From contig CP064962.1 of NCBI GenBank assembly GCA_016699145.1, forward strand, positions 390,001 to 422,000: 32,000 nt of DNA, in the 5' to 3' direction. A program made the translations under genes and the position numbers. Positions 31,700-32,000 of this stretch are shown here, piece by piece (position 1 is the stretch's first letter; each line of letters starts with the position of its first letter). Source of the stretch: Candidatus Saccharimonadota bacterium. Its GTDB lineage: Bacteria; Patescibacteriota; Gracilibacteria; UBA1369; 2-02-FULL-48-14. The notes beneath the pieces are model-generated. The model had not been told where the DNA came from. It worked only from the letters and a program-made list of their open reading frames with translations, and did not search any database.

Positions 31700-32000
31700 A
31701 TGAAGAAAAAAATCATTCTACTGCTCGCTTCCCTCAAAATTGTGATCTCTATTTTAAGTTTTTCTGCTCTCACTCAAGCGGAAAGCACTTTTTCAGATCT
31801 GGACTCCGAAGACCCCAGCCTCATCGCCATCGAAACCTTGGAAGACAACGGCGTGCTCCAAGGCTATCCAGATGGATCTTTTCGCTCCACCGACACCATC
31901 AATCGCGCTGAATTCATCAAAATGGTCGCAGAAGCTCAAGAGGACGACTTCAATGAATCCAACTGTTTCCCCGATGTGACAAGCGACTGGTACGCAAAAT
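31700..32000 (+). CDS. Secreted protein with N-terminal SLH-type modules (partial; runs off the window)
   Basis: Absent from the ORF track because there is no stop in the window. The ATG at 31700 gives MKKKIILLLASLKIVISILSFSALTQAES (signal peptide). It continues FSDLDSEDPSLIAIETLEDNGVLQGYPDGSFRSTDTINRAEFIKMV...NCFPDVTSDWYAK. This is the same SLH subtype (NCF.DVT.DWYA) as the protein at 1..2688. Confidence 0.8.
   Translation, partial: MKKKIILLLASLKIVISILSFSALTQAESTFSDLDSEDPSLIAIETLEDNGVLQGYPDGSFRSTDTINRAEFIKMVAEAQEDDFNESNCFPDVTSDWYAK

Noticed and set aside
1-32000. Alternative genetic code (UGA recoding, as in some CPR lineages)
   Set aside because: TGA sits at the natural ends of conserved genes (ccdA ...FASF*, the 3490..4827 gene, ldh). 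No conserved gene needs read-through of an internal TGA.

Overview
Dense bacterial chromosomal window with about 27 protein genes and 2 tRNAs. It uses the standard genetic code: TGA terminates conserved genes such as ccdA. Most genes have no recognisable Shine-Dalgarno motif upstream, and several use TTG or GTG starts. The source organism cannot be named from sequence alone. The gene content (SLH surface proteins, ldh, small basic nucleoid protein, SD-less starts) would fit an uncultivated small-genome lineage such as CPR/Peregrinibacteria, but that is only a guess.

Housekeeping genes I recognise: queA, ccdA, an AcrB-type RND pump, an ECF sigma factor, a YibE/F membrane protein, a Wzx-like flippase, an Asp/Glu racemase, ldh, and tRNA-Pro(GGG) and tRNA-Pro(CGG).

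The dominant theme is an unusually high density of secreted, acidic, Ca-binding or adhesin-type surface proteins:
- four SLH-domain proteins, two of which run off the window edges and are therefore absent from the ORF track;
- a paralogous pair of hyper-acidic CARDB/PKD + 3xSLH proteins;
- a YjiK-like propeller fused to MopE-type motifs;
- a 1400-aa beta-helix/TSP3-repeat protein;
- a BNR protein.

Other points worth a second look:
- an ECF sigma, membrane-anchored M23 peptidase and SanA module preceded by a duplicated leader/promoter motif;
- a hidden 45-aa Lys/Ala-rich histone-H1-like gene, antisense to a chimeric track ORF;
- two near-identical tRNA-Pro genes, each followed by lower-GC cargo;
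- a minimal IS200/IS605 (TnpA-only) element with both subterminal hairpins that appears to split a gene.

I found no CRISPR array, rRNA, integrase or recognisable defence system. All homology statements come from motif recognition by eye, not from database searches.
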